Of a stretch of 64,000 nt of DNA, positions 28,219 to 37,695 are shown piece by piece. Both the position numbers and the translations under genes were made by a program. The stretch is from the IMG/VR virus record IMGVR_UViG_3300021961_000020; one strand, given 5' to 3'. Below the pieces are notes generated by a model. It was not told where the DNA came from. It saw nothing but the letters and a program-made list of their open reading frames with translations, and ran no database searches. Source of the DNA: a virus. Each line of letters opens with the position of its first letter. Positions within the stretch are counted from its first letter, which is position 1.

Positions 28219-30710
28219 GAGAAAAACATTTCTAGGTTTGCGGTTTTCTCCACAGACCACCCAATAGCATCTAGGATGATCCTTAGAGGTTCTAAGAATG
28301 CCTTGTCAAATTGCAAGTCATAATCAACATATTTGGAGATGTTGAGTTCTGTTGGAAAGTCCTGAATGAAAGAGATAACATTCTCATGAATGATATTGGG
28401 TTTCTTCAGATAACAAAACTTGATCTTCTCCCCGTTTTGGATCAATGAATACTTATGGGTAAGATTTCCTTTCTTAATGTAGTGATTGTACAGGAGTGCT
28501 CCCCGAACATGAATCGGGGTTGCCTTGACATAGATGTCAGAGCTGGATTTATACTTGGTTACATCACTAACAGATCTCGGAAAAGAAATTTCCTCAGGAG
28601 CAAGTTTCTTAAACTTGCTACGGCATTGATCTATGTAGTCTATCATAGCATCTTCTGATCCTGACATCATAATTTTAAAAGATTCTTTAAGCATTTGACG
28701 ACAGGGTGCAGGGGTTGATGATTTAACTGCCTCAATACCCATAACCTTCAGTTTAGGTTCAGTATATGCAACTCCCTCGCTGTTCCAAACATTAAGAATA
28801 TACCGTTTCTTAGCAGTCCAAATACCACGGTCAGCGATATTCTCCCGCTTCATACTCATTTTCTGTTCATATGCCGAAACATAATCCGCAAGTTCCTGAT
28901 AGCTGGACTCGATGAATGGTTCCAACTTTTCTTGACAGATCTTGTCAAGTATCCCCACAACTGCTGCTTTATCACCAGACTTATTACCAAAAAATTGAGT
29001 AACAAGAGGTCCAAGATTAAGATAGATTGAGTCTGTATCGCTAGCGATGACATAATCTTCGCGTTCTGTACGCAAAAGTTTATTTAGATATTCGTTCATT
29101 TTGTTCTCGATCCAGCGAATCGAGACCTGGCCAGACAGAGTGATTGCCTCAGCGTTTGCTAGTTTGAAATACCTGAAGTATTGATTACCAATGGCACCAT
29201 AAGCAGAGTTAAGAGAAATCTTCTTTGCCATCTGAATGTTATTGCAGCGGGCAATCTCTTTCTTAAGGGCGTCGGTAGGAGTCTTCTCGTATTGTTGCTT
29301 GGCAGCAAGCATCTTCTTCTTAAAGATGACACGCTCACCATACATTTTCTCCATCAGTTCGGGAAGAAATCCCTTTTTGTTCTTACGGAACATAGCACCG
29401 TTAGGACAAACGGAATAGTCCTTGTACATTTCAAAGTTGATTTCTTCCTTCAGGATCCTTTCAACAGATGCAGTGGGATGCCGCTCCTCGATGATGGTTT
29501 CAGGGGAGATGTTGTACTGCATAATGAGATGAGGATAAAGGGAATTAAGATCAAAAGAGACCACCCAATCATACACCCCAGGATTCGGTTCCTTAACATA
29601 AGCACCCGCGTACTTTTCATCTTTGTCTGTCTGCTCCTTAGGAGGAATAACGATACCTTTCTTCTTAAGGTAGTTATAAATGATGGTATCCCACATCCTA
29701 ACTTGATAGAAGACATCATTATAGTTAACTTTGGCATCATATGCCATAGTCAGAGCGAGCTCGATCAACTTCATCTTGTCCTCAAGACGGTCTACGAGCT
29801 CCACATCGATGATGTTATATTCTACAAACTTCTGCCAACCGTTAGTATAGAACTCTTGGAAGGTATCAAACTCGGAGTGATCAAGTTTCTTCTGACCGAG
29901 TTCTACATTAGCAATGTGGTCCAGACGATAAGATTCCTGATTTGTATAAGTGAATTTCTTATACAGATCGAGATAATCTAGTTGTGTAATGCCCCCAATA
30001 TCGTAATAAATCTGTTGACGACCCTTGATGAATACCTCTTTCTGGGACACTAGACCCCAGGGAGACAGTCTCTTAGCAAGTTTCTCACCAAGAACACGAT
30101 CAATACGCTTTGCAATAAACGGGATGTCGAACAGTTGGATGTTCCAACCAGTTACAACATCGGGAGTATTGTCCATCCACCAGTGGATGAAATCATTCAG
30201 AAGATCACGCTCATTATTGAACTGAAGATAACGAACATTATCCTGTTTGATCTTAAATGGACCTTGACCCCAGGTAGTAATCTCCTTGGTGTTGTAGTCC
30301 TGAATAGTAATCAACAAAATCTCCTGGTCTGCTGATGCAACATCAGGGAACCCATTCTCAGAACGGGTCTCAATATCGACCGTTACGAGACGAATCTTAC
30401 TGATATCAAAGTCAATCTGATCTTGAGGATACTTATCCGAGATGTATTGATAGATGAACCGTTCGTTACCGTAGATCTTAAAGTTCTCTACCTGTGAATA
30501 CTTTTTAATAAACTCCCGACAGTCAGATACCGACCCAGGTTTAATGGGTTCGACATAATCACCATCGAGAGTTTTGTAGAAAGTTTCTTTCTTTGCGGGA
30601 ACAAAGAGAGTGGGTTGATATTTTTCACGAAACTGAATGTACTCACCATTTTCATAACCACGAACGAGGAACTGGTCCCCAATCATTTGTACATTAGTAT
30701 AGAATTTCAT
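28215..30710 (-). CDS. gp43: Family B DNA polymerase
   Basis: DIETRS exonuclease, SFDLNSLYP, KISLNSAYG and ASDTDS motifs. Confidence 0.98.
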   Translation of the reverse strand: MKFYTNVQMIGDQFLVRGYENGEYIQFREKYQPTLFVPAKKETFYKTLDGDYVEPIKPGSVSDCREFIKKYSQVENFKIYGNERFIYQYISDKYPQDQIDFDISKIRLVTVDIETRSENGFPDVASADQEILLITIQDYNTKEITTWGQGPFKIKQDNVRYLQFNNERDLLNDFIHWWMDNTPDVVTGWNIQLFDIPFIAKRIDRVLGEKLAKRLSPWGLVSQKEVFIKGRQQIYYDIGGITQLDYLDLYKKFTYTNQESYRLDHIANVELGQKKLDHSEFDTFQEFYTNGWQKFVEYNIIDVELVDRLEDKMKLIELALTMAYDAKVNYNDVFYQVRMWDTIIYNYLKKKGIVIPPKEQTDKDEKYAGAYVKEPNPGVYDWVVSFDLNSLYPHLIMQYNISPETIIEERHPTASVERILKEEINFEMYKDYSVCPNGAMFRKNKKGFLPELMEKMYGERVIFKKKMLAAKQQYEKTPTDALKKEIARCNNIQMAKKISLNSAYGAIGNQYFRYFKLANAEAITLSGQVSIRWIENKMNEYLNKLLRTEREDYVIASDTDSIYLNLGPLVTQFFGNKSGDKAAVVGILDKICQEKLEPFIESSYQELADYVSAYEQKMSMKRENIADRGIWTAKKRYILNVWNSEGVAYTEPKLKVMGIEAVKSSTPAPCRQMLKESFKIMMSGSEDAMIDYIDQCRSKFKKLAPEEISFPRSVSDVTKYKSSSDIYVKATPIHVRGALLYNHYIKKGNLTHKYSLIQNGEKIKFCYLKKPNIIHENVISFIQDFPTELNISKYVDYDLQFDKAFLEPLRIILDAIGWSVEKTANLEMFFS

Positions 30711-31003
30711 TCACCAAGAAGTTCGTTGTATGCTTGAAGGATAAAAGATTCTGGATCAACCAGGGTTAGGATAGTATCACTTTGGATTCTACACTTTTTC
30801 TGAGAACTCAACTTCATTATAGTCCATGGTTTCAGACGATCTTTGTATGGACCATCATAGTCCTCATCTTGAGGGATAAACTCATAAGGATTTGTAAGTT
30901 CGCAGTCTGGTTCTCCAATGTCAGCACCATAAACCTCTTCGACGCCAGCGATGAGACATTTATAGTCTTCTTTAAGAACAATAACTTTAACTGATGGCAT
31001 CAA
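30707..31003 (-). CDS. Conserved hypothetical protein
   Basis: 98-aa coupled ORF. Confidence 0.75.
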   Translation of the reverse strand: MMPSVKVIVLKEDYKCLIAGVEEVYGADIGEPDCELTNPYEFIPQDEDYDGPYKDRLKPWTIMKLSSQKKCRIQSDTILTLVDPESFILQAYNELLGE

Positions 31004-31349
31004 TCAACTCCCTGTACATATTTTTAAGATCAGCAACTGGTTCAAAAACCGTTTGAACTGAACTAGGATTGACAATAAAACTAGTGTCAGTGGTTAATGG
31101 TTGCCAAGTAGCAAGAGAAACTTGAGAGGTATTATTAAGTTCCTCCGAAGAATCTTCCATTAGTGTCATTGTAGGTTGCAGGATGACACGGTATGGATTA
31201 TTGAAAAGATATTGACGAGTTTTATCTTCAGGATCAACCAATTCTTTAATATCAGCAATGATTTTATCATTGCCAATCACAGCGACTCTAACCGACATAA
31301 TAGACTTTTTACCTCTTACTAGTATAACATGAAAAAGGGGGGCGATCAA
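30987..31349 (-). CDS. Conserved hypothetical protein
   Basis: Resembles 30707..31003 (L.NPY...L..W); start probably MSVRV. Confidence 0.7.
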   Translation of the reverse strand: MIAPLFHVILVRGKKSIMSVRVAVIGNDKIIADIKELVDPEDKTRQYLFNNPYRVILQPTMTLMEDSSEELNNTSQVSLATWQPLTTDTSFIVNPSSVQTVFEPVADLKNMYRELIDAIS

Positions 31350-31356
31350 CCCCCCG
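31332..31356 (-). terminator. Intrinsic terminator after hsp20, overlapping a TTGATC-N16-TATACT promoter
   Basis: G6-loop-C6-TTTT. Confidence 0.7.
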
Positions 31357-31360
31357 ATAT

Positions 31361-31795
31361 TTAGAACCAGTCCTTACGCTTATGCGCCTCTGGGACAATC
31401 TTCCCAAGAGTCACTGTCAAAAGACCATCCTCAAAGGTCACATCCCTAACTTCCGTCTCATCAGAGAGCGTCCAGACCCTCGTAAAGGACCTCTGCGCCA
31501 GTCCCTTGTGGGAGAAGATGGTATCGGTCTCTTTGTCCTCCTTCTGCCCCTCTACGAAGAGTTTACCAGCCTCCGTATAGACAGACACCTCCGCCTTCCT
31601 AAATCCTGCTAAGGCGACTTCCAGCTTACATTCAGTATTGCTGATGTTGTAGAGGTTATATGGGGGATAATTAGAAGTAGTTTCGTGTAGTTTGAAGATA
31701 CGATCGAAATAATCATCCATGCCAATGCTATTGCGTGTGATCTTATCCATCAAAGCAGAAAGATCCGACGCATTATACCGTGCAAGGTTTGCCAT
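31361..31795 (-). CDS. hsp20: Small heat-shock protein
   Basis: NYPPYN, LAGF and DGLL alpha-crystallin motifs; AAAGGAG RBS supports ATG 31795. Confidence 0.93.
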   Translation of the reverse strand: MANLARYNASDLSALMDKITRNSIGMDDYFDRIFKLHETTSNYPPYNLYNISNTECKLEVALAGFRKAEVSVYTEAGKLFVEGQKEDKETDTIFSHKGLAQRSFTRVWTLSDETEVRDVTFEDGLLTVTLGKIVPEAHKRKDWF

Positions 31796-31873
31796 TATGG
31801 TAGCTCCTTTAAAAGCGAGTTTGTGTTGTGTGGACCCTTTCGGCATCCAATACTAATTATAATAGTTTGCATT

Positions 31874-31897
31874 AAAAAGGGGGTGTTGGTAACCCCC
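31874..31897 (-). terminator. Intrinsic terminator
   Basis: GGGGG-TTACCAACA-CCCCC-TTTTT. Confidence 0.8.
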
Positions 31898-31951
31898 ATA
31901 AAGTAGCGTATATTCCGTATGTATAGAGTCGCGCACGAAATGGCGACGAAC

Positions 31952-31959
31952 TATTTATA
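31952..31959 (-). promoter_or_regulatory. Late promoter at the regA stop
   Basis: TATAAATA. Confidence 0.7.
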
Positions 31960-32398
31960 CGGTTTCTTCTCCTTCTACCTTAGTCTTGCGACCAATGTTA
32001 TATTTTGTTTCAAGCACCCAGTTGTTCTTATCCTTGTAAGAAAGAACTTTAATTTGATTAAGAGGAGCAATGTCCTGAATCTTTTCAGCATCAACGACAG
32101 TAATCAGACCCCAATCAGCAAGGAGTTGGGAAATTCTATTACGACGCTGGACATCGTTGACAGTAAGATTTGCTTTCTTACCGTCAAGAGCAAACAGTTC
32201 TTTGAAATGGACGATGTAATATCTACCCTGCTTGTGAAGAATGTGGCAGGATTGATACAGTTTCTTTTCCTTTCTGGATGCTACACCGATTCTGGTCAGG
32301 GTCTCTCGCACCTTCAGGAAATCATCAGGTTCACTCAGAGAAACTTCAATCATCTTCTCGGGCGACCAATCAACGGTCGGTTCAACAACGACGCTCAT
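31955..32398 (-). CDS. regA: Translational repressor
   Basis: DDFLKVRETLTRIG...LYQSCHILHKQG motif. Confidence 0.97.
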   Translation of the reverse strand: MSVVVEPTVDWSPEKMIEVSLSEPDDFLKVRETLTRIGVASRKEKKLYQSCHILHKQGRYYIVHFKELFALDGKKANLTVNDVQRRNRISQLLADWGLITVVDAEKIQDIAPLNQIKVLSYKDKNNWVLETKYNIGRKTKVEGEETV

Positions 32399-32422
32399 CT
32401 CAATTAATGAAAAATGTTTGTA

Positions 32423-33253
32423 TTATTTATCTAAACTTTTCTTGACTTCGTTAAGAGCTTCCTGAAGAATTCTCCTTGGTTCTTCATATGTCATTTTGAT
32501 CAACCATTTTTTATCCCAAAATTCGTCTAGTTTACAACTCTTACCAGTAAAATCCTCATAGATTCCTAAGAAAAGACTAAACAATCCCCATTGACTTGAC
32601 GGAAAATATGCGGGGGAAAGGCAAACAAAGATGGCATCATATTCATAGTTTCCATGATCATATTGCTCTTTAAAACAGGTTTCCCATTTACAAGGATTAC
32701 CAACATAATCACAGATAAACTTATTGAAAGGAGTACGAGTATCTTCATCTGCCTTAGAATCATTATTTCTGATCCAAGTCATACTATCCAACTTGTTCTG
32801 GGAATGCAAATATCCTCCCCAGCTCCCCTCATCAACTTTACCAAAAGCTTTTGTCATCTCATATTCTAAAATATGACCAGCCATATGTTGCTGTTCATCT
32901 CCAGCACAGTCTTCATCAACATAACACCCTGCTAAGAAATCATCGTGGTGATCAATATTGACAATCTCAATATGATCTTTGTCATGTAGATATTCCAGAA
33001 TATAATCATGATCCATTCCAAACCAAACATGAGCATTTGGACTGGCGACAAGTGCTTTAGTAAATGTATCTAAAAGATATTCTAAGCATTCTTCATCGAT
33101 TATTTTTTCCCTGGTGTTTAGAGAAGGATACCTCAGAAAATAATAATACCATTTTGTAAATGGATGCCACTCAGAAAACATTTCATTGTCTTCATTTGGC
33201 CATTCATCTACAGTGGGAAAAGCATAATCAATATCAATGCTTAAGACTTTCAT
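32423..33253 (-). CDS. Arginase/deacetylase-fold (UPF0489-like) hypothetical protein
   Basis: SIDIDY, DHD, NIDHHDD and EGSW putative metal ligands. Confidence 0.6.
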   Translation of the reverse strand: MKVLSIDIDYAFPTVDEWPNEDNEMFSEWHPFTKWYYYFLRYPSLNTREKIIDEECLEYLLDTFTKALVASPNAHVWFGMDHDYILEYLHDKDHIEIVNIDHHDDFLAGCYVDEDCAGDEQQHMAGHILEYEMTKAFGKVDEGSWGGYLHSQNKLDSMTWIRNNDSKADEDTRTPFNKFICDYVGNPCKWETCFKEQYDHGNYEYDAIFVCLSPAYFPSSQWGLFSLFLGIYEDFTGKSCKLDEFWDKKWLIKMTYEEPRRILQEALNEVKKSLDK

Positions 33254-33630
33254 TTTTTAATACCACCTGTATCCATTTTCTTATGGATGAATTTGATTTG
33301 CTCTGGCGAGAGAATCTTAAGTGCTTGTTGTGCCTTTTCGTTACTGTACCCGTAGTATTTTTTTACTACTTCGAGGTCAGCAATCTTCTCTTGCTTCAAC
33401 CAGGGAGAGAATCTCTTCTTCTTTCTCAGACTATGTAGCATGAAATGGTACTGCATGTCTTTGTTAAGATGAGTATTCTTATTCATCTCATTGGCAAACA
33501 AGATGGCATCGATGTGTCCAGACATACAACGATTCACGATGTAAGCAGGATACTTTTTGCATGCCTCAGGATCTTCACTAAGGTCCTGCTTGTTTGTGTT
33601 AATAGAGTTCAACCAGTCTTTCAGTTCCAT
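33250..33630 (-). CDS. gp62: Clamp loader small subunit
   Basis: YPAYIVNRCMS...LRKKKRFSPW motif; start MELKDWL. Confidence 0.92.
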   Translation of the reverse strand: MELKDWLNSINTNKQDLSEDPEACKKYPAYIVNRCMSGHIDAILFANEMNKNTHLNKDMQYHFMLHSLRKKKRFSPWLKQEKIADLEVVKKYYGYSNEKAQQALKILSPEQIKFIHKKMDTGGIKK

Positions 33631-33631
33631 A

Positions 33632-34483
33632 TCAATAATTAACCAAAACGAGTTCTTTACGATCTTGTTGTTCCCGCATATACTGACCAACCGAACGCAT
33701 GGTATAGGTCAGATCAAACTCAGATGCTTTCCAGTTAGTGAACCGATCTTTAACGAGTTGACTTGAGTTGTAACTTACAAGACTATCTATCTTACAAGCA
33801 GAGCAGTCAGCAGCAAACTTATCGTGATCAAATCCTTTGTGCATTGATCCTTTACGACCATAAAGATTGTCTTTGATGTCGTAAGGCGGATCAAGATAGA
33901 TAAAGATCTTTTGATCTACAAGACCGAAGCACTTGTCTGGAGATTCATCCAGAAGATAATCGTAAGAGTAGTTTGTGATATTCCAGTTCTTGATTAGTTC
34001 TGAGTAGAAGGGCAGTTTGTCAATTCCCCTGAAGGAGAAGTTTGAGTCACTTGCTTGGGCAGAGAATGAACTGGATTCAGTAAGACCTGAGAAAGAGCAT
34101 TTATTAACAACATAGAAGGAAACAGCACGCTGGAAATTTTCACTGTCTTCCAGAGGTCTAGCAAGATATGCTTTGGCGTCAAGGAATAAGTTTTTAGCAC
34201 TTGCAGGATCAACATGGCGTTGTTTAAGTTGATTTAGTTCATCTCTCATCTCACGACCAAACATCTGGAGTTGCTGCCAGAAGTTGACCAGAGGTTCATA
34301 AAGGTCATTGACCCATACCCTGCTGTCAGGGTAACGCTTAGTCCATTCGATAGCGAAGGAACCGCCACCTAGGAAAGGTTCCCTCAGTTCATCATACTCC
34401 TTGTCGGGGATATAAGAGAAAAGTTTTTGTACGGCACGAGACTTGCCGCCAGGATAACGAAGGGGGGTTTTCAAAGATTTCAT
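33632..34483 (-). CDS. dam: D12-class N6-adenine DNA methyltransferase
   Basis: LRYPGGKS, EPFLGGGS and YLDPPY motifs. Confidence 0.92.
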   Translation of the reverse strand: MKSLKTPLRYPGGKSRAVQKLFSYIPDKEYDELREPFLGGGSFAIEWTKRYPDSRVWVNDLYEPLVNFWQQLQMFGREMRDELNQLKQRHVDPASAKNLFLDAKAYLARPLEDSENFQRAVSFYVVNKCSFSGLTESSSFSAQASDSNFSFRGIDKLPFYSELIKNWNITNYSYDYLLDESPDKCFGLVDQKIFIYLDPPYDIKDNLYGRKGSMHKGFDHDKFAADCSACKIDSLVSYNSSQLVKDRFTNWKASEFDLTYTMRSVGQYMREQQDRKELVLVNY

Positions 34484-35115
34484 TCAAAAAATTCCATTAC
34501 GGTTTGCTTCTGTGGGAAGAAGAAGTCTGGATATGCTTCGATCAGTTTAACATCATACATGCAAGAAATCAACATGTCTCTGATCTGAAAATCAGGTTTT
34601 TTTCTAACTTTGAACGAACGATCCAGAACAGGACTCTTACTCTGAATAAACCACCCATTTTCATCAATAGGAATAAGATTGGCAGGGATCTTCCAAATCA
34701 TTTCTCTCAGCGGTGTGACTAAAACATGATAGAAGACATCAATACTATCTGGTCCATAAAAACATTTAGATGGATCAGATTTAGATCCAGAAGACTGAAA
34801 CCTAAAGTCAAAAGTATCTCTTCTAACTTCGATACCGCGACGGACTCTTAGACCAGTATCGATTTTAGCTTTCCAAGCAACCTTCTTAACCTGAGCTCTT
34901 TCAATCTTTCTCGGATCGTCACCTTGAACCCACCAATCAGTTCCTTGATCGACGAGAGGTTTTCCGAAATTAATTTTGTTTTTTAAAAAATACTTTGCAA
35001 CGATATGCTCCGCTGCTTCTCCGATAAAAACGGTATCCGAATTCTTTCTATCAAATTCAGTATCAAACTCCTCGGGAAGCAGAGGGGGCATAAACGCAGG
35101 GACAATAATAGACAT
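34480..35115 (-). CDS. PD-(D/E)XK endonuclease, I-Ssp6803I-like
   Basis: GEAAE...KPLVD..TD...QVK...D.F...IP pattern. Confidence 0.7.
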   Translation of the reverse strand: MSIIVPAFMPPLLPEEFDTEFDRKNSDTVFIGEAAEHIVAKYFLKNKINFGKPLVDQGTDWWVQGDDPRKIERAQVKKVAWKAKIDTGLRVRRGIEVRRDTFDFRFQSSGSKSDPSKCFYGPDSIDVFYHVLVTPLREMIWKIPANLIPIDENGWFIQSKSPVLDRSFKVRKKPDFQIRDMLISCMYDVKLIEAYPDFFFPQKQTVMEFFE

Positions 35116-35165
35116 AACTTAAAATATAAAAGAAATAACAGAACACACATTGCTGAGTGTTCTGT

Positions 35166-35173
35166 TATTTATA
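35166..35173 (-). promoter_or_regulatory. Late promoter overlapping a 14-bp inverted repeat (35132-35170)
   Basis: TATAAATA; AAATAACAGAACAC-N11-GTGTTCTGTTATTT. Confidence 0.75.
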
Positions 35174-35198
35174 CAAAAAAACCACCAAAGTTGGTGGT
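35174..35198 (-). terminator. Intrinsic terminator
   Basis: ACCACC-AACTTT-GGTGGT followed by a T-run. Confidence 0.7.
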
Positions 35199-35232
35199 GT
35201 TAGTATTTGTTAACAATTACTTAAACTTGCAC

Positions 35233-35862
35233 TCAACCATAAACAACTTTGAATTTTTCATAATCTTTTTTTAGTTCCGATACTCTTATTCCAGTTTTGT
35301 CAGGTAAATGTTCTACAGGAATCATCCAAACTGTGTCATCTATAACACTAATGAATGCCATATAATCAACGATCTCCCTATACGGTATCCTATCAGTATG
35401 ATTGGTCATGAGATGAAACTGTGCTTTTGCTGAGGAATACTGTGCAGTTGATTTTACCTGAACTCTTTCAAAATTTTTTCCATCTTTTGATATGATAAAA
35501 TCAGATCCCCAAATATCTTCAACTGGTTTATAAACTTGATAACCCTTCACCATCATCAAATTTTTAAACTTATCTTCACAAATTCTTCCAAGACCTTTTC
35601 TTAGAGTGGCAATTTTTACATCCTCAGGATTAAACAAACTGTTTTTAAGAACTTGATTTGTGCCAATTATTTCTTGATACTTTTTCTTTGCCTCAATAAT
35701 TGCTTCATCTTTATTTCTAGTTTTAAGCGACCAATGTCCCCCTCTCCGCCACCCTGATTTTTTTAGAATACGAAGATACCAAGTTGGTTGACCATATCTT
35801 TGAAAGATACTTGCATCGGGGTCATTATTGAATGACTCTACATTTTGGAAAACCTCGCTCAT
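35233..35862 (-). CDS. PD-(D/E)XK endonuclease with extra N-terminal basic domain
   Basis: GRICE...KPVED..SD...VQVKS...DYMAF...IP pattern. Confidence 0.75.
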   Translation of the reverse strand: MSEVFQNVESFNNDPDASIFQRYGQPTWYLRILKKSGWRRGGHWSLKTRNKDEAIIEAKKKYQEIIGTNQVLKNSLFNPEDVKIATLRKGLGRICEDKFKNLMMVKGYQVYKPVEDIWGSDFIISKDGKNFERVQVKSTAQYSSAKAQFHLMTNHTDRIPYREIVDYMAFISVIDDTVWMIPVEHLPDKTGIRVSELKKDYEKFKVVYG

Positions 35863-36254
35863 TTAAAATTACATTCCATAAGATATTTTTCTGCCATTTT
35901 AATTCCAGCAAGAGTATCACCAAGATTACCAATGGCAGAATTACACTGATAACATAACCAACCTCTAAATTTATTGGTTTGATGATCGTGGTCAAAAACT
36001 AACATTTCAGTTGTTTTTCCACAACATCTGCATGGAGTACCAAGAGGAGGTCTTTCCATATTCAACTCTTGCATGAGTTTTTTTGCCTGAGATGAATGTG
36101 CTTTCCCCCCTACTCTACGACAAACTTTACACTCGCTGCGGTATCTTTTAGGATAAAGTTTGCCATTTACTATTCTTTCAGAATGACATAGATGAAATTC
36201 ACTCAAAGGTTTAGTTTTGCCACATATGCGACACTCTTTCATTTGAACTTGCAC
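35859..36254 (-). CDS. Endonuclease VII-like HNH nuclease
   Basis: CxxC...CxxC; CRCCG...FDHDH...RGWLCYQCNSAIG motif. Confidence 0.85.
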   Translation of the reverse strand: MQVQMKECRICGKTKPLSEFHLCHSERIVNGKLYPKRYRSECKVCRRVGGKAHSSQAKKLMQELNMERPPLGTPCRCCGKTTEMLVFDHDHQTNKFRGWLCYQCNSAIGNLGDTLAGIKMAEKYLMECNFK

Positions 36255-37189
36255 TCCACCATAATTTCAGTCAACGCCGCGAGGAGGTTGATCTCCTGGT
36301 CGGCAACAAATGCGATCTGATACTGATACTTAGCAATGATGAGGACAGCAGCAGCAATGCTAGGACCCTCCAAGGTGCTATAAAGAGCATCGTAAACACG
36401 ACGCAGTAATACGCTAGGATCATTATCCAGATTATTAACGACCCATTTGCGAACTGACTGAAAGTCCTTCTGCTTGAGTTTCTGGAGGAGATCATTTACC
36501 TTAACATCCCCAAACTCTGCAAGGATTGCCGAATCAATTTTACCACCCACCGAGTACCTTTGGCACTCGTTGAGGACACGACGCCAGTCAGGGAAGTGCT
36601 TGTTGATGAGTTCGACAAGAACTTTTTCGTCATAGGCAATACCTTCTCCAGAAAGAATTTGTCCAAGACGCCTAAAGAAGTCTGCTGCGATTGCAGGTTT
36701 CTGCCTTGCAGTAATAGAAAATTCGACGACGGCACACCGAGAATGAAGGGGTTCGATGATTTTGTTTTTGTAGTTACAGGTGAAGATGAACCTACAGTTG
36801 CCATAAAACGCCTCAATATTAGCCCGTAGGAGGAGCTGTACATCGTGGGTTGTGTTATCAGCCTCGTCGATAATGATGACCTTGTGCGGTGCATCTGAAG
36901 AAAGTGAGACGGTCGAAGCAAAGTTCTTTGCTTGATTCCGTACAGTATCGAGAAATCTACCTTCGTCGGATCCATTGATAATAATATAGTCGCAGTTTAG
37001 TTGCTCGCAAATAGCGCGAGCGATAGTTGTCTTGCCACAACCAGCAGGACCTGCAAGAAGCAGGTTAGGAATCTCTCCTTGTGCTAGGAAATCCTGAAAG
37101 GTTTTCTTTGTAGCAGCAGGAAGGATACACTCATCAATAGTTTTGGGACGATACTTTTCGACCCAGAGAAAATCACTACGCATAATCAA
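36239..37189 (-). CDS. gp44: Clamp loader large subunit
   Basis: WVEKYRP, GPAGCGKT, DEAD and SRC motifs. Confidence 0.97.
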   Translation of the reverse strand: MIMRSDFLWVEKYRPKTIDECILPAATKKTFQDFLAQGEIPNLLLAGPAGCGKTTIARAICEQLNCDYIIINGSDEGRFLDTVRNQAKNFASTVSLSSDAPHKVIIIDEADNTTHDVQLLLRANIEAFYGNCRFIFTCNYKNKIIEPLHSRCAVVEFSITARQKPAIAADFFRRLGQILSGEGIAYDEKVLVELINKHFPDWRRVLNECQRYSVGGKIDSAILAEFGDVKVNDLLQKLKQKDFQSVRKWVVNNLDNDPSVLLRRVYDALYSTLEGPSIAAAVLIIAKYQYQIAFVADQEINLLAALTEIMVECKFK

Positions 37190-37695
37190 ATCCAGTCAGG
37201 TTTACGATGGGGCAACCTAATATAATTATCGCACACCCATGGTTTAGATGCAATGTACATCTTGTACGCATCAAAAGTTGTAATGCTTGTATCCAGTTTA
37301 TATTCGTCAGGCATAGCTCTGGCAAAGGGAGTAACCTTATCCAGTTTACCTTTGGGGAAAAGGTAGTATGCTTGCACTAAAGTATTCTCACAAGCATGAG
37401 TTTTGTTATACCTCAAGGTATATTCGTCACACAGATTTAGTCCCCACTTGATTAACCAATAGGCGTTATCCACGGTGTCTGCCGCCCACTTCGTACAAGG
37501 GTGGTTGCGAAAGGCACCTTTCTCTGTCGCATAGGGCGTCCCGTCTCTTTTTCCCAGAGTTCCGTAAGAGTGATACCAAGGAGAAGCAACAATAGATAGC
37601 ATTTGGCAACACTCCAAGGGCATCTTGACAACATGTTTGTCAGGAAGACAGATGGCACTTTCAGCAGGAAACGGATGTGTGACAAAGATATTCAT
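37186..37695 (-). CDS. Pyrimidine-dimer glycosylase (DenV-like) family protein
   Basis: MNIF...DKHVVKMPLECCQMLS...NHPC motifs. Confidence 0.7.
   Translation of the reverse strand: MNIFVTHPFPAESAICLPDKHVVKMPLECCQMLSIVASPWYHSYGTLGKRDGTPYATEKGAFRNHPCTKWAADTVDNAYWLIKWGLNLCDEYTLRYNKTHACENTLVQAYYLFPKGKLDKVTPFARAMPDEYKLDTSITTFDAYKMYIASKPWVCDNYIRLPHRKPDWI

Noticed and set aside
29181-29981. 266-aa plus-strand ORF, and the other plus-strand ORFs in the track
   Set aside because: They lie opposite well-supported core genes and show no RBS or family signal
13067-30710. Introns or inteins in nrdA, nrdB, gp41, uvsX and gp43
   Set aside because: ORFs are continuous and of normal length with no splicing motifs seen
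31810-31850. hsp20 leader hairpin with GAAA loop as a riboswitch or thermometer
   Set aside because: It does not cover the RBS, and I cannot match it to a known family without cmscan
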